NCBI GenBank assembly: GCA_963836185.1
Contig: CAWIIQ010000003.1
Span: 64,001 to 128,000 of the forward strand
Direction of reading: 5' to 3'
DNA length: 64,000 bases
Source: Candidatus Krumholzibacteriia bacterium
Lineage (GTDB): Bacteria > Krumholzibacteriota > Krumholzibacteriia > Krumholzibacteriales > Krumholzibacteriaceae
Each line of letters opens with the position of its first letter. Positions within the stretch are counted from its first letter, which is position 1. The notes beneath the pieces are model-generated. The model saw only the letters and a list, made by a program, of their open reading frames with translations. It searched no databases and was not told the DNA's origin. The position numbers and the translations under genes are program-made. Of the stretch, positions 22,056 through 33,185 are shown piece by piece.

Positions 22056-22623
22056 TCAATCATCGTCTACATCGTACATCGCCCTGATGACGAACCGATC
22101 GGGGAAGTCGGGGTCCGGAACCGCTACTATCACCACGACATCGTTACCCCTGTGTATCCTGCCGCCATCGCCGAAACTGGGCGATTATCAGGTAATTCCT
22201 CGTCGTTGTGAAACAGCCCTCGCACGGCAGCCCTTCGAAATCGCAGAGGGCGTACCATACGCCGGGAGAGATATCGAGCAGAAGGATCGTGGCGCTCGCG
22301 AATATCTTTCCCGTGACCGCGATATCCTCTTCCCTGTCGAGATAGGGGCGCTTGCCAGGCTCTACATCCTGCGGCTGGAAGTGCCACCTGTAATCGGGAT
22401 GAAGCACGCCGGCGTACTTCGATATCGCATCGGGATCCGTGAAATCTTCGTAGCAATCACGTATCGCGCCGATACACCCCTCGGGATCGACCATCAGGGC
22501 GGCGTCGGAAAGCGTTCCCGCGGGGCCGACCGGATGATCGCCAGGCGCGCAACCCGCGACGGCGATGATGATGGTGAGGATGATGATAATGGCTGCTGCA
22601 GGCGGGTAACTCCTGTGACCCAT
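22056..22623 (-). CDS. Lipoprotein of the tandem paralog family (copy 3, divergent; frameshift near 22172)
   Basis: VAGC lipobox; YAGVLHPDYRW, PCEGCF; after the shift VAVPDPDFPDRFVIRAMYDVDDD, stop at 22056. Confidence 0.75.
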
Positions 22624-22687
22624 GATCCTCCCCCCTTACCGTATGCCGCTCGAAAGAGGGTCCAGGGGGGGGCGGTTCCACACTTTT

Positions 22688-22716
22688 AATATAGGGCCGC
22701 GCGGAGCGAAGCGCAA
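22688..22716 (-). promoter_or_regulatory. Putative sigma70 promoter for lipoprotein copy 3
   Basis: TTGCGC, 17 nt, TATATT. Confidence 0.5.
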
Positions 22717-22736
22717 ACAGGGGACAGAGCGGGCAC

Positions 22737-22766
22737 AAAAAAGCCCCCTGCATGGCAGGGGGCTTC
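22737..22766 (-). terminator. Intrinsic terminator after lipoprotein copy 4
   Basis: AAGCCCCCTGC-cat-GCAGGGGGCTT followed by a T-tract on the minus strand. Confidence 0.75.
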
Positions 22767-22789
22767 AGTCTGCTTATTCATTCGATACG

Positions 22790-23374
22790 TCAGATGCCGA
22801 GATCGTACATCGCCCTGAGGACCCACTTGGTCGGATCGGACTCGTCCGGCGCTACGATGACTACGGCAAAGGCCCTTCCGGGAGGGCTCTGCAGGACGTT
22901 CTCCTCGTCCCCGCGCTGGGCCCTGATAAAGTACTGCCTCTCCGTTCCCCAGCAGTTCTCGCAGGGTTGCCCCTCGATCTCCGGATACTCATACCACGAT
23001 CCCTCTTCGGGAGTGATGGTGAGCTCGAGCAGGGTCCAGGTAGGACTGAAGAGATACTCCGTGGACTCTATATCCTGCGCCCTCGTCATGATCGACGGGT
23101 CGCCAGGATCGACATCCGCGGCGGCAAGCCCGAAAAAGTACTCGGTATGGAGAAGGCCGTTGTATTTCGACGTAGCCGCTCCATCCGTACGGTTCTCGTA
23201 TGCGAGGACGACAGTCTTTATGACATCGTCCCGGCTCGTCATATCGGGCCAGACGACCTCCTTGTCCGGCGGGATGACTGGATCTTCCTTCGGATCGAAG
23301 ATACATGCCGGAGACATCAGGAGGGCCGTGATAAGCAACAGGGGTAGGGCTGTTTTGAATACAATACTACGCAT
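22790..23374 (-). CDS. Lipoprotein of the tandem paralog family (copy 4)
   Basis: MRSIVFKTALPLLLITALLMSPAC; YNGLLHTEYFF, PCENCW, VAPDESDPTKWVLRAMYDLGI. Confidence 0.8.
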   Translation of the reverse strand: MRSIVFKTALPLLLITALLMSPACIFDPKEDPVIPPDKEVVWPDMTSRDDVIKTVVLAYENRTDGAATSKYNGLLHTEYFFGLAAADVDPGDPSIMTRAQDIESTEYLFSPTWTLLELTITPEEGSWYEYPEIEGQPCENCWGTERQYFIRAQRGDEENVLQSPPGRAFAVVIVAPDESDPTKWVLRAMYDLGI

Positions 23375-23394
23375 ATGCATACCTCCAGTTGTAA

Positions 23395-23423
23395 ATACTA
23401 GCACATTCCGGCCGCGGATGCAA
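23395..23423 (-). promoter_or_regulatory. Putative sigma70 promoter for lipoprotein copy 4
   Basis: TTGCAT, 17 nt, TG-n-TAGTAT. Confidence 0.5.
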
Positions 23424-23467
23424 GCCCGGCGTCCGCTTTAAGATATATCTGACGAACTCCCTTCCCG

Positions 23468-24058
23468 TCAGTTCGCCGCCCGGAAGGTTCCCCTCAGATT
23501 TCCGGACGTGGGGTAACTACCTATTACATCAATATCTTCCCATCTCACGATGATCCAGCCGGAGGTCCCCTCCTCGAGGTAGAAGACCGCTGTCCCGGCA
23601 TATATCTCAGGCTCCGACCCGTCCCCCGGATCGAGGGTCCACCTGTACTGCCCCTCGTACTCGGCCCATCCGACCTGGACCTCTTCTCTCTCGAACTGCC
23701 CGTTCTCATCGCCGAACTGAGCCGTCCGTTCTCCCTGGTAATCGCCCTTGACCCTCGTCAGTACATCCATCTCGACATCCTTTGTCCAGTCGTCGAATGT
23801 CCCGTCGGGGAAATTGCTCCTGTCCTGGTCCCTCGGCGTAAACGAGAACTCATCCGCGAGGCTTCTCTCGTAATTCGAGTTGCCCGGAGAGGAAAGCCCG
23901 GTCGAAAGGTTGAGGAAGACGTCCTTGGGCGTCTTGGGCACAACCCAGTCCCCCTCGCTCTCGTCGAGAGGCGGCTCGGCCTCTCTCGGTTCGAAGAGGC
24001 AACCTCCCGCAGCCAGCAGGGCCGCAAGCATGATCGCTATAACTGCTGATCTCTTCAT
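23468..24058 (-). CDS. Lipoprotein, distantly similar to the paralog family (possibly NTF2-like fold)
   Basis: AGGC lipobox then LFEPREAEPP; YERSLADEFSF resembles the YxxxLHxxYFF motif; C-terminal WIIVRWED. Confidence 0.75.
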   Translation of the reverse strand: MKRSAVIAIMLAALLAAGGCLFEPREAEPPLDESEGDWVVPKTPKDVFLNLSTGLSSPGNSNYERSLADEFSFTPRDQDRSNFPDGTFDDWTKDVEMDVLTRVKGDYQGERTAQFGDENGQFEREEVQVGWAEYEGQYRWTLDPGDGSEPEIYAGTAVFYLEEGTSGWIIVRWEDIDVIGSYPTSGNLRGTFRAAN

Positions 24059-24067
24059 CGTCAGCTC

Positions 24068-26070
24068 CTAAAAGTTTATCTCCAGGTTCATGTCTATCTG
24101 CCAGAATTCCCTTCTCTCCGGTGTGAGATTGGGACCGAACCTCCTCACCCATCCTATATCGAAGTCGACCTTCCCTGAGTCGGTCACCTTCGTCTTTCGC
24201 TTGACCCCGAGGGTCATCTCCCCTGAGTCGTAAAATCTTGTGCTTACAACACCCATCCCCCCGTCCACTTCGCCGAGCCTGTTTGTCTCCTGAAACCTGT
24301 AATTCGAGACCGAGTAGAGGGTGAAATCGAGGACCGGCGTGTACTCGTACCTGAAGCTGAGCCCGTGCTCATATCTCTCTTCTGTCCTTCCATACAGCCT
24401 CTCCCCTCCATCGGGGGGCAGGAGATAACTGCCCGTGTCGATGAACTGGTACCTGTGGGTGAGCGCGAGGTTCGACCTGTAGAAGCGGAACTTGGCCCTC
24501 GTGAGCATGATCGTCGTGCGGTCGAGATAGTTTTCGTTCTCATTGAATGCGAAGTCGGTGAACTCCATCTTTATCTCGTATTCCTGCCCGATATCGAACC
24601 AGTCGGCCGGCAGCAGGGTAAATCTCGGCACGACCCAGTATGTATAATCGGTACGGTTGTCGCTCGAAAGAGACTGGTCTATGTTTATCGTCTCATACTG
24701 CCTGTAGGTGAATTTGACGCCCGCCTTTATATTCAGCGGCAGTATGGCGTCGAGGTCGGCGAGGAATGAATAGTTAAGGTAATCGGCGTCGCGCGGGTTG
24801 GCGTCTCTCTTCTTGTAGTATCTCTGCTTGAGCGATCCCGAGCCGCGCATCGACAGTCGGAGGGATTCGGTTATCTCATGGCTCATCGAGAGCTTGAAGA
24901 CCTGTTCCTTTTCGAGGTAGCTCGAAAGGGATGTGGGGCCGTAATCGACGTCGTTTTCCCGTCTCTCTACCTCGAAGTTCGCCGTGCCTTTCACCGAATA
25001 TTTATACCCCGCCTTCGCCTTCAGCCTTTTCATCTCGGTCTCTTTCGAGAGCCTGACGTCTACGAGGTTCTGCTGGTCGAAGTAGTCCTTGAGGAACTCG
25101 AAATCGAGGGTCAGGTAGTGCAGCGGCTGTATCCTCGAAGTGACCTGGATCTTCTCGGTCTGCCTGCTCGACTGCTCCATCATTGCCAGGTCGGGATTCT
25201 CTATTACCTCGAGCGAGTTTCCTCGCGGGGGATCGACTTTCCTGATCACTCCCATCGTCCTCTCGTAATCGAGGTCGAGGAGCCTGGCATCCCCGGAGCC
25301 GTACCCCACCCTGGCCTTTATCGTGTCCATGTCGCTCGGCATGTTCTCGAACATGCGTCCGCCGACATCGCTGTCCTCTCTCTTCCTCCAGACTCCGTAC
25401 CCGCCACTGAACGTGAGCGCGGAACCGATCCCGTACCAGAGGTGCCCGCTGACGCTGCCCTGAAGATTGGTATCGTACTTGAAATCGTTCTGTCCGCCGC
25501 CGGCCCTCCCCATAACGGAGAATCGCGAATTTCTCGCCCACAGCTCGGTGCGGTCCCACGAGGCCCCCGTGTTGATGAACTTGTTCTCTATCACCATGTC
25601 GCCGCCCGAACGGGCGAGACCGACCGCCTTCTGTCTCAGATAGTCCTGCCCTATGGCGAAGTTGACGTTATAGAGACCGGGCACGATCTTGATCGAAGGA
25701 GTTGTTGAATTTCTCGTTTATATCCGACATGTCCCTGCCGCGATAATTCCTCTTGGCGATATTGATGTTGCTCGAGCCTTGCCAGGCTCCGCCCAGATCG
25801 TATTTCAGGGCCATGCCCGTTCCGAGGCGGTAAAAACTCTCGCTGGCCTGGTATTCGGTCTTCCACGTCGGAACGACCCAGGGAGGTCTTGCCGTATCGG
25901 CCGGCGCCGTCGCGGCGGAAGAGTCCGCCACGGATTCCGTGCCGGCCAGCAGGCCGCCCGGCTTTTCCGGCGCCGCTTGCCGCCGAGGTCGTGTCGGCCT
26001 CCTGCGCATGCGCCGGCGCCGCCGCGCAGGCGGCCGCCAGGACAAACAGTATGCATGCGGCTTTCTTCAT
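24068..26070 (-). CDS. Putative outer-membrane beta-barrel protein (frameshifts near 25980 and 25690)
   Basis: Signal peptide MKKAACILFVLAAACAAAPAHA; Tyr/Phe-rich alternating strands; C-terminal beta-signal-like DMNLEINF. Confidence 0.7.
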
Positions 26071-26075
26071 CGTTT

Positions 26076-26884
26076 CTATTCGCGGCCAGCCGCCGCGGCG
26101 AAGAGGGCGAACCACTCCTCGAGGCTACAGCTCCTCCGGCCTGCCTCCCGAGATCGATGCCGGAGAGCTTCTCCAGCTCGGCCGTATCCGGGATGCCGGG
26201 CACCTTTTTGAGCGCGTTCGCCAGCTTTTTTCTCCTCTGCGAAAACGCCGATTTCAAAAACAGGAGGAACTCCCTATGGTCCCCGGGGGCGTTTTCACGG
26301 CTCACAGGCGCAAAAATAAGGACAACACTGTCCACTTTCGGCTTCGGTCGAAACGAGCCGGGCTTGAGTGTAGTTACCTTTTTTACATCGAGGTACGACT
26401 GGAGAAAGACCGTCATGATCCCGCTTGCGCGGCTTCCGGGGGGGGCGAGTACCCTCTCGCCGACCTCCTTCTGGACCATGATCACGGCTCTGCGGCATCT
26501 CTCGAGGGCGGGCAGGCCGAGCAGTATGGTGCTTGTAAGCAGATACGGGATATTACCCGCAAGGGCATATCCGTCCCATCCCCTGCCGGCTGCCTCCGCG
26601 TCGAGATCGATATCGCGGATGTCCGCGAGGACGATTTCGGCGTTTTCGAGCCCCTCGAGCCGCCCTGCGGTCTCTTCCGCCAGCGCCTCGTCGATCTCGA
26701 ATGCCGCAATTTGCGTGCCGCCTTCGGCCAGCGGGATCGTCAGGGCCCCTCTGCCGGGCCCTATCTCGAATACGGGGAGATCGTCATCGGCCGTAATGGC
26801 CGAGATCAGGCCCCTGATCGCCCCGTCGGAGACGAGAAAATTCTGTCCGAGGCTCTTTTTTGCCGGCCTTTTGTCCTTGTTCAT
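26076..26884 (-). CDS. rsmA: 16S rRNA m6,2A dimethyltransferase KsgA (frameshift near 3' end)
   Basis: KKSLGQNFL, EIGPGRGALT, GNIPY, MVQKEV, FRPKPKVDS, FSQRRK. Confidence 0.93.
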
Positions 26885-26934
26885 GGTTATTTCCTGACCA
26901 CATCAACTCTTGTCTGACAAACAGGGGATTCCGC

Positions 26935-28326
26935 TCAGGTAACGGCAGGGGATGCCAGGTGATATTTCCTCGCTCTGAAACGTGCTCCCGGGATCGAATC
27001 TACGAACCTGCGGGTCGCCTCCATATCTACTTCGGGGTAATCGAGAGCCGACACGGAGCATTCCATCTCCGAAGAGGCAGCTTTCCTGATGAAATCGACT
27101 ACAGCCGCGAAAGCCTTCTCCCCCGCGTCGGGCCGGCAGACTGCCGTGTATGTGCCTGCGTCCGGGGCGTTGAGGCTGACCGACACCTTCTCGAAGAGCT
27201 CCTCGAGCTCGGGGACTATGTTCCGCTTGTTGATCATGTTGCCGTGCCCGTTCGTGTTGAGCCGCATCGGGAGCCCGTGTCTCTTCAGTTCGCGGGCGGC
27301 GGCGGCCAGGTCCTTCATCCGCGCCGTCGGTTCCCCGTACCCGCAGAATACGATCTCGTCGTATTTCCCTTCCGCAAGAACTGCGTCGGCCGCGGCGACC
27401 ATCTCCGCGACGGTCGGGTCGGTGAGCAGGTTGAGGTTGTACCCGTAGAGGTAGTTTTCGGTTCTCAGGCGGGTGCAGAATACGCAGCAGTTGGTGCAGA
27501 TGCCCGTGACATTTATATAGACGCTGTTCTTCAACCCGTATGCGATCGATATGGGGAACTCCTCCTCGCCGTGGAGAAGCCGCCTGTAATTCGTCTCCGC
27601 CGCCCGCTCGATATCCGTGACGCTCACGCCGCGCAGTTCCGCCATCTTTTCGGCGACTATGCGGACGTACGCCGGCTCGTTGCGCTCTCCCCGGTACTGC
27701 TGGGGCGGCAGGTAGGGACAGTCCGTCTCGAGGACGAACGCGCTCGACGGAAGCCTCGTCGCCACCTCGGGCAGCTTCGAGTTCCTGTATGTCAGGGGGC
27801 CGCCGATGCCGATAAGAAAGCCGAGGCCCAGCACCGCCTCCGCCTCGAGGCTGCCGCCGGAGAAGGCGTGGAATATCCCGCCCACTTCGGAGGCGCCCTC
27901 CTCGCGGAGGATCCTGATCACGTCATCGAACGCGTCGCGGCAGTGGACCACTATCGGTTTACCGAAATAGAGGGCCATCCCGATCTGCCGCCTGAAGATC
28001 TCCCGCTGCTTCTCACGAGGCGAGAGGTCCCTGTAGTAATCGAGCCCGATCTCTCCTACCGCGAGGACCTTGCGGCGCATGAGCAGCTGCTTGAGCTTTT
28101 CCTCGAGGCCTTCGTTCCATTCGGAAGCGTTATGAGGATGTATCCCGAGCGCGGCCCATATCGATCCGTACCCGTCGACAAGCTTCAGGGTCGAATCGAT
28201 CGTCGATTCGTCGTACCCGACATTGAGGATCTCTCCGACTCCCGCCTCGGCGGCGCGGTAGATCACCTGCTCGCGGTCAACGTCGAACTGCTGCAGGTCG
28301 AGATGCGCGTGTGAGTCGATCAGCAT
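26935..28326 (-). CDS. tatD: TatD family DNase fused to a TatD-associated radical SAM domain
   Basis: DSHAHL, GIHPH, VGEIGLDY, HCRDA, ETDCPYL; C-terminal CTNCCVFC (CxxxCxxC), FCGYGEPT, NTNG, VSLNA. Confidence 0.9.
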   Translation of the reverse strand: MLIDSHAHLDLQQFDVDREQVIYRAAEAGVGEILNVGYDESTIDSTLKLVDGYGSIWAALGIHPHNASEWNEGLEEKLKQLLMRRKVLAVGEIGLDYYRDLSPREKQREIFRRQIGMALYFGKPIVVHCRDAFDDVIRILREEGASEVGGIFHAFSGGSLEAEAVLGLGFLIGIGGPLTYRNSKLPEVATRLPSSAFVLETDCPYLPPQQYRGERNEPAYVRIVAEKMAELRGVSVTDIERAAETNYRRLLHGEEEFPISIAYGLKNSVYINVTGICTNCCVFCTRLRTENYLYGYNLNLLTDPTVAEMVAAADAVLAEGKYDEIVFCGYGEPTARMKDLAAAARELKRHGLPMRLNTNGHGNMINKRNIVPELEELFEKVSVSLNAPDAGTYTAVCRPDAGEKAFAAVVDFIRKAASSEMECSVSALDYPEVDMEATRRFVDSIPGARFRARKYHLASPAVT

Positions 28327-28332
28327 CGGGGA

Positions 28333-29866
28333 TCAATCCTTGAATATTTCTTCCGGCTTCTCCTGGATCCGCGGGAAGAGCGGCTCCGGGGCTGAGAGCC
28401 CTTCAGCTCCCGAGACGGAAGGGGGAAGTTCATCAAGCGATGGCTCGCCCACGCCGAGCTGGCCGAGCATCGCGCTCATCTTTACAGGCATGAATGGATA
28501 GAGGGCCGAACCTGCCGTGCGCAGTACGGCGAGAAGTTCACTGAAGACTGCCTGGAGCTCATCCTTCTTCGACTCATCCTTCGCGAGCGCCCACGGCGCT
28601 TTCTCCTCGATGAACCGGTTTGCCGACTGTACTGCGGGCCAGAAGGCTCCGAGCGCCTTCGAGAACTCCATCATCTCCATGTGCCCCCTGTACCGGGCGA
28701 CCGCTTCGGTGACCTCGCCGTACAGCCCGCAACCGCTGTCGAACGGCGCTTCGGCAACATTGCCGCCGAGGTATTTCGAGATCATGGCCAGTGTCCTGCT
28801 GAAGAGGTTGCCGAGCTCGTTGGCCAGATCGGAATTGTACCTGTCGACGAGTATCTGCGTCGATATGTCGCCGTCCTTGTCGAAGGGGACCTCGCGCAGG
28901 AGGAGGTACCTCAGCCCGTCGGCGCCGAATACGCCTGCCATCTTGTCGGGATCGAGGATGTTTCCCAGCGATTTGCTCATCTTCTCGCCGGCGAGCGAGA
29001 CGAAGCCGTGCGCGAAGACGCTCTTTGCCGGCTCGACGCCGGCCGCCATCAGCATCGACGGCCAGATGACGCAGTGGAACCTCGTGATGTCCTTGCCTAT
29101 GACATGTACGTCGGCGGGCCAGTACTTGTCGAAGAGGGCAGTGTCACCGCCGAATCCGAGGGCGGAGATATAGTTCGTCAGCGCGTCGAACCAGACGTAG
29201 ATCACGTGACCGGGATCGATCGGCAGGGGAATGCCCCACGTTATCCCCGATCTCGAGATCGAGACGTCCTGGAGGCCGCCCTTGATCACGTTCACGATCT
29301 CGTTCTCGCGCGTCTTCGGCCTGGATGAAATCCGGGTTCTTCTCTATATGCTCGAGGAGCCTGTCCTCGAATTTCGAGAGGGCGAAGAAGTAGTTCTCCT
29401 CGCTGATCTTCGTCGGCTCCTGCTTGTGCCGCGGGCAGAGGCCGTCCACGAGGTCCTTCTCGACGATGAACTCCTCGCACGACTCGCAGTAGAGCCCCTC
29501 GTACTTTCCCTTGTAGATATAGCCGTTCTTCTCGATCCGGGAGAAGAGCTCGGTGACCGACCGGATGTGCCTCTCCTCGGTCGTATGTATAAAATCGTCA
29601 TACGATATGTTAAGGGTCTTCCACGTCCCGGTGAATACATCCGACATCTCACGGCAGTAATCGCGGGGGTCCATCCCCCGGCGCACCGCTTCTTTCTCGA
29701 CATTGGTCGAGTGCTCGTCATTACCCATCACGAACCAGGTATCATATCCCCTGAGCCTCATGTAACGGGCCATGCAGTCGGCCCCGATCTTCTCGTACGC
29801 TGTGCCGAGATGCGGTTTCTGGTTCACGTAATCGATCGCCGTGGTGATGTAGAATGTCTTTTTCAT
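28333..29866 (-). CDS. metG: Methionine--tRNA ligase, short form (frameshift near 29320)
   Basis: FYITTAIDY, PHLGTAY, DEH, YCESCE, YVWFDAL, GKDI, KMSKS. Confidence 0.95.
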
Positions 29867-29870
29867 ATCG

Positions 29871-30823
29871 TCAGTTTTTCCTGTTTCTCCTGCGCGGCGG
29901 ACGCCTTCCCCTGCTGCCGCCTTCCTTCTTCTCTCCCTGGTCGCCATTTGCCGCGGTGCGGCTGTCGCGAGGGGGGCGCGTTGCTTCGCCGGCATCCTCC
30001 CTGGCGGACGCCTGCTCGACGCTCCTGCTCAGCTCCAACTTGAGATCCTCAATAGTGACTTCGATGGTGTTGCCGTCCTCGTCGCTCAGGATGACCGAGG
30101 CCCTGAATATATCGACCTTCTCGAGGCGGTGCCTGCCTCCGAAGCAGTTCACCTTGCTGCCGACCTTGGGGATATCCCTGACAAGCTCCTTGTAGTCGGA
30201 CAGTTCGTAGGCCAGACAGCACATCAGCCTGCCGCACGCACCCGAGATCTTCGAGGGGGTAAGGGGCAGGTTCTGGTCCTTGGCCATCTTCAGGGTGACC
30301 GGTTCGAAATCCTTGAGCCAGGAGGAGCAGCAGAGCTTTCGGCCGCACATCCCCATCCCGTCGAACCTGCGGGCCTCGTCGCGGACGCCGATCTGCCTCA
30401 GGTCGATCCTCGTCCTGAAAACGCCGGCGAGGTCCTTGACGAGCTCCCGGAAATCGATCCTCCCGTCGGCGGTGAAGTAGAAGGTGATCTTGTTGCCGTC
30501 GAACTGGTACTCGACGTCGACGAGCTTGATCTGCAGGTCGTGTTCGCCCGCCTTCTGCTGGCATATCTTCAGCGCTTCGAGCTCCTTCTCGCGCTGTCTC
30601 TTCCATCACTTCGACGTCATGATCGGTCGCGTGCCGGAGGATCTCCTTCATTTCAGAATCGATATCCTTCGGACTGATCTTGGCGATCGAGACTATCAGC
30701 CCCATATCCTCGCCGCGGTCGGCCTGCACGACGCAGTGATTCCCCGTGTGAAGAAAGAGCTCGCGTCGCGTTTATGTAGAGCTCCTTGCGCTGTCCCTTG
30801 AACTGAATCTCGACCAGTTCCAC
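29871..30823 (-). CDS. PSP1/YaaT (RicT) family protein, frameshifted
   Basis: YFTADGRIDFRELVKDLA...RQIGVRDEAR, GMCGRKLCCSSWL, KISGACGRLMCCLAYE; GTG start at 30823. Confidence 0.88.
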
Positions 30824-30917
30824 TATTGTATTCCTCTTCTCATACGGCAGCGGCCCGATCACGGCCCGCCTGACCGTTAACTACAGGATTTTTCATCGCT
30901 TAAGCGGTGAATTCAAT

Positions 30918-31911
30918 CTAATACCACCTGCCCGCCAAATCAAGGAGGAGTTGAGAGAGGGTCAGCTCGATATCGACGTTCCTCCCGAGATTCCGCGAGG
31001 CTTTCGCGATCTTCCCTATATCGGCCGGGATATCGCGTCCGGAGGCCGCCAGGGCAGTTTCGGCCTTTATTCCCGCCTCCTCGCCCCTCATCAGGGACCT
31101 CATTATCGCGATCATCTCGTCGAGAAGGTCGCCCGTCTCCTCCCGTGAATAGTTATGCGCGGCGGACTCCGCCTCGGCGGGGAGCTGTCTCGCCTTTCCC
31201 TCGAGGACGAGGGAGACCATCGTCGCCGCGTCCCTGCGGAGCCCGAGGAACCTCTCGTCGAGAAAACGCGCGGCCCGCTGCAGGTTTCCGCCGGCGATCG
31301 CGGCTATCCTCTCCGCCTCGCCTTTTTCGACGGACAGGAAGGTCTCGAGGAAGCGCGCCGTGATCCCGTCCGGAAGGGGATCGAACCTGATCTCGCTGCA
31401 CCTCGATATTATCGTCGGGAGCAGGAGGTCGGGCCTCGCTGTCACGAGGATGATGACTGACGCCGGCGGGAGGCTCCTCGAGCGCCTTGAGGAAGGCGTT
31501 CTGAGCCTCGATCGTGGCCATGTGCGCCTCCATGACGATCACTACCGAGCGGGGACCGGAGAAGGGGAGTCTCGAGATCCTCTCCATGACATCTCTTATC
31601 TGCTCTATCCCCGTCGACCTGGCGCGGTTGCCGAACTCTCCGCGCGCGAGGAAATCCTCGCGCCTCGATTCGATGATCACGGGTATGTTCTTCTCCCTGT
31701 CGGCAGAGGGCACGGGATAGACGAGATGGACGTCGGGGTGCTCGAGGGATGAGACGGCCCTGCATGCGGGGCACTCGCCGCACGCATCCCGGCTTTCACA
31801 TTCGAGCAGGAACGCGGCGTACATCGCCGAGAGTTCCTTCCCCGAGCCTTCGGGTCCGGTGAAGAGCATCGACGAGGGGAGGGTGTCTGTCGAGATCATC
31901 CTCTCCAGCAT
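30918..31911 (-). CDS. holB: DNA polymerase III subunit delta' (frameshift near 31460; true start probably slightly upstream)
   Basis: LFTGPEGSGK, CGECPAC, HPDV, AQNAFLKALEEPP, LLPTIISRC. Confidence 0.88.
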
Positions 31912-31991
31912 GGAGACGACCCTCGGCTGCCCCTGTGCTGCGAGGCCTGCTGCGGCTGCGATGTCTATGGCGTTTCTCCCTCTCGGCCCCG

Positions 31992-33170
31992 CTACCTGAC
32001 GAACCAGTCGCCCGGATCGAGGGCCTTCTTGGATTTTCTTATCTCGAAATGTATCGTCCCGCCGCTACCCGACGCCGCGCTGCCCGCCTCCGCGATCACG
32101 CTTCCCTTTTCCACCTGCGCGGCCTGAGCGACGAATATCTCCGACGTATGAGCATAGAGGGTATAATATCCGCTGCCGTGATTCAATATAATGCAGTTTC
32201 CGTATCCCGGCAGGTCGCCGGCATATTCGACGCGGCCCCTCGCCACGGCGCGTACCGGCTCGCCTGTCCTCGTGCTGATATCGATCCCCGTGTTGAAGGT
32301 GACCGTCCCGTACTCGGGGTGCCTGAACCTGCCGAACTCCCGCGTGATCTTGCCGTCGACCGGCCGGGGAAGCCGTCCCTGCAGGGACGCGAAATCTCCC
32401 TCGCCATAATCCCCCCAGTCCTGGGACTGCGACAGCCGCGCCTTCTCCAGCTCGGCGATGAGGTCCTGCATCTGCCGCTCACGTTCCTCGAGCTCCGACG
32501 CCCTCTTCTGGTGCTGCTGCTTGGATGTCCTCAGGTCGGCGAGTGTCTGCCGCCTCTTCGCCTCGTTCTCGTCGAGTTTCTTTATCTCCGATTCCTTCTC
32601 GGTCCTCGAAGACGAGACCTCCTGCAGGAGCTCCGTCAGCTCCGCCTCCTGCATCTCGATCCCCGCCTTGCGCTCCCTCACGTCCGCTATCATGTCGGCG
32701 TCCCTCTCGGCTATCAGCGAGAGAAACTTGTACCTCTGAAGGAGGTCGGAAAAATCCTCCGCCGTGAGAAGCTCCTGCCAGACATGGCGCGGCCCGTCCT
32801 TGTATATCTCCCTGAGCCTCCCTGTGAAGACCTCCAGCCTGTGCCTGTATATGATCTCGTTCGTCTCTAGATCGGCGCGAAGCTGCCCCACCTGCTCCTC
32901 GAGCATCGACTCCTTGTCCGAGAGCCCCTCGAGGAGCCGCTTCATCAGTTTCTCCTCGTTCTCGAGCTTCTTTATGTACTCGCTGACGTCACGTTCCTGC
33001 TCCTCGATATCGGATATCTTCCTTCTCTGTTCGTGGATCTCGCGGCGAAGCTTCTGGAGCTCGTCTTCCTTGCCCTTGATGTTCTCATCGAGGTCCCTCT
33101 CCTGGGACCACGCCGGAGAGACCATCAGCGCGGCAAGTGTGAATATCGATATGAGAAGCCTGGCCGTCAT
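31992..33170 (-). CDS. envC: Murein hydrolase activator EnvC family (coiled coil plus M23)
   Basis: Signal peptide, long coiled coil, degenerate M23 domain (NTGIDI, YAH, IHFEIR); directly downstream of ftsX. Confidence 0.85.
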   Translation of the reverse strand: MTARLLISIFTLAALMVSPAWSQERDLDENIKGKEDELQKLRREIHEQRRKISDIEEQERDVSEYIKKLENEEKLMKRLLEGLSDKESMLEEQVGQLRADLETNEIIYRHRLEVFTGRLREIYKDGPRHVWQELLTAEDFSDLLQRYKFLSLIAERDADMIADVRERKAGIEMQEAELTELLQEVSSSRTEKESEIKKLDENEAKRRQTLADLRTSKQQHQKRASELEERERQMQDLIAELEKARLSQSQDWGDYGEGDFASLQGRLPRPVDGKITREFGRFRHPEYGTVTFNTGIDISTRTGEPVRAVARGRVEYAGDLPGYGNCIILNHGSGYYTLYAHTSEIFVAQAAQVEKGSVIAEAGSAASGSGGTIHFEIRKSKKALDPGDWFVR

Positions 33171-33185
33171 GACGGAGTCCGCCTG

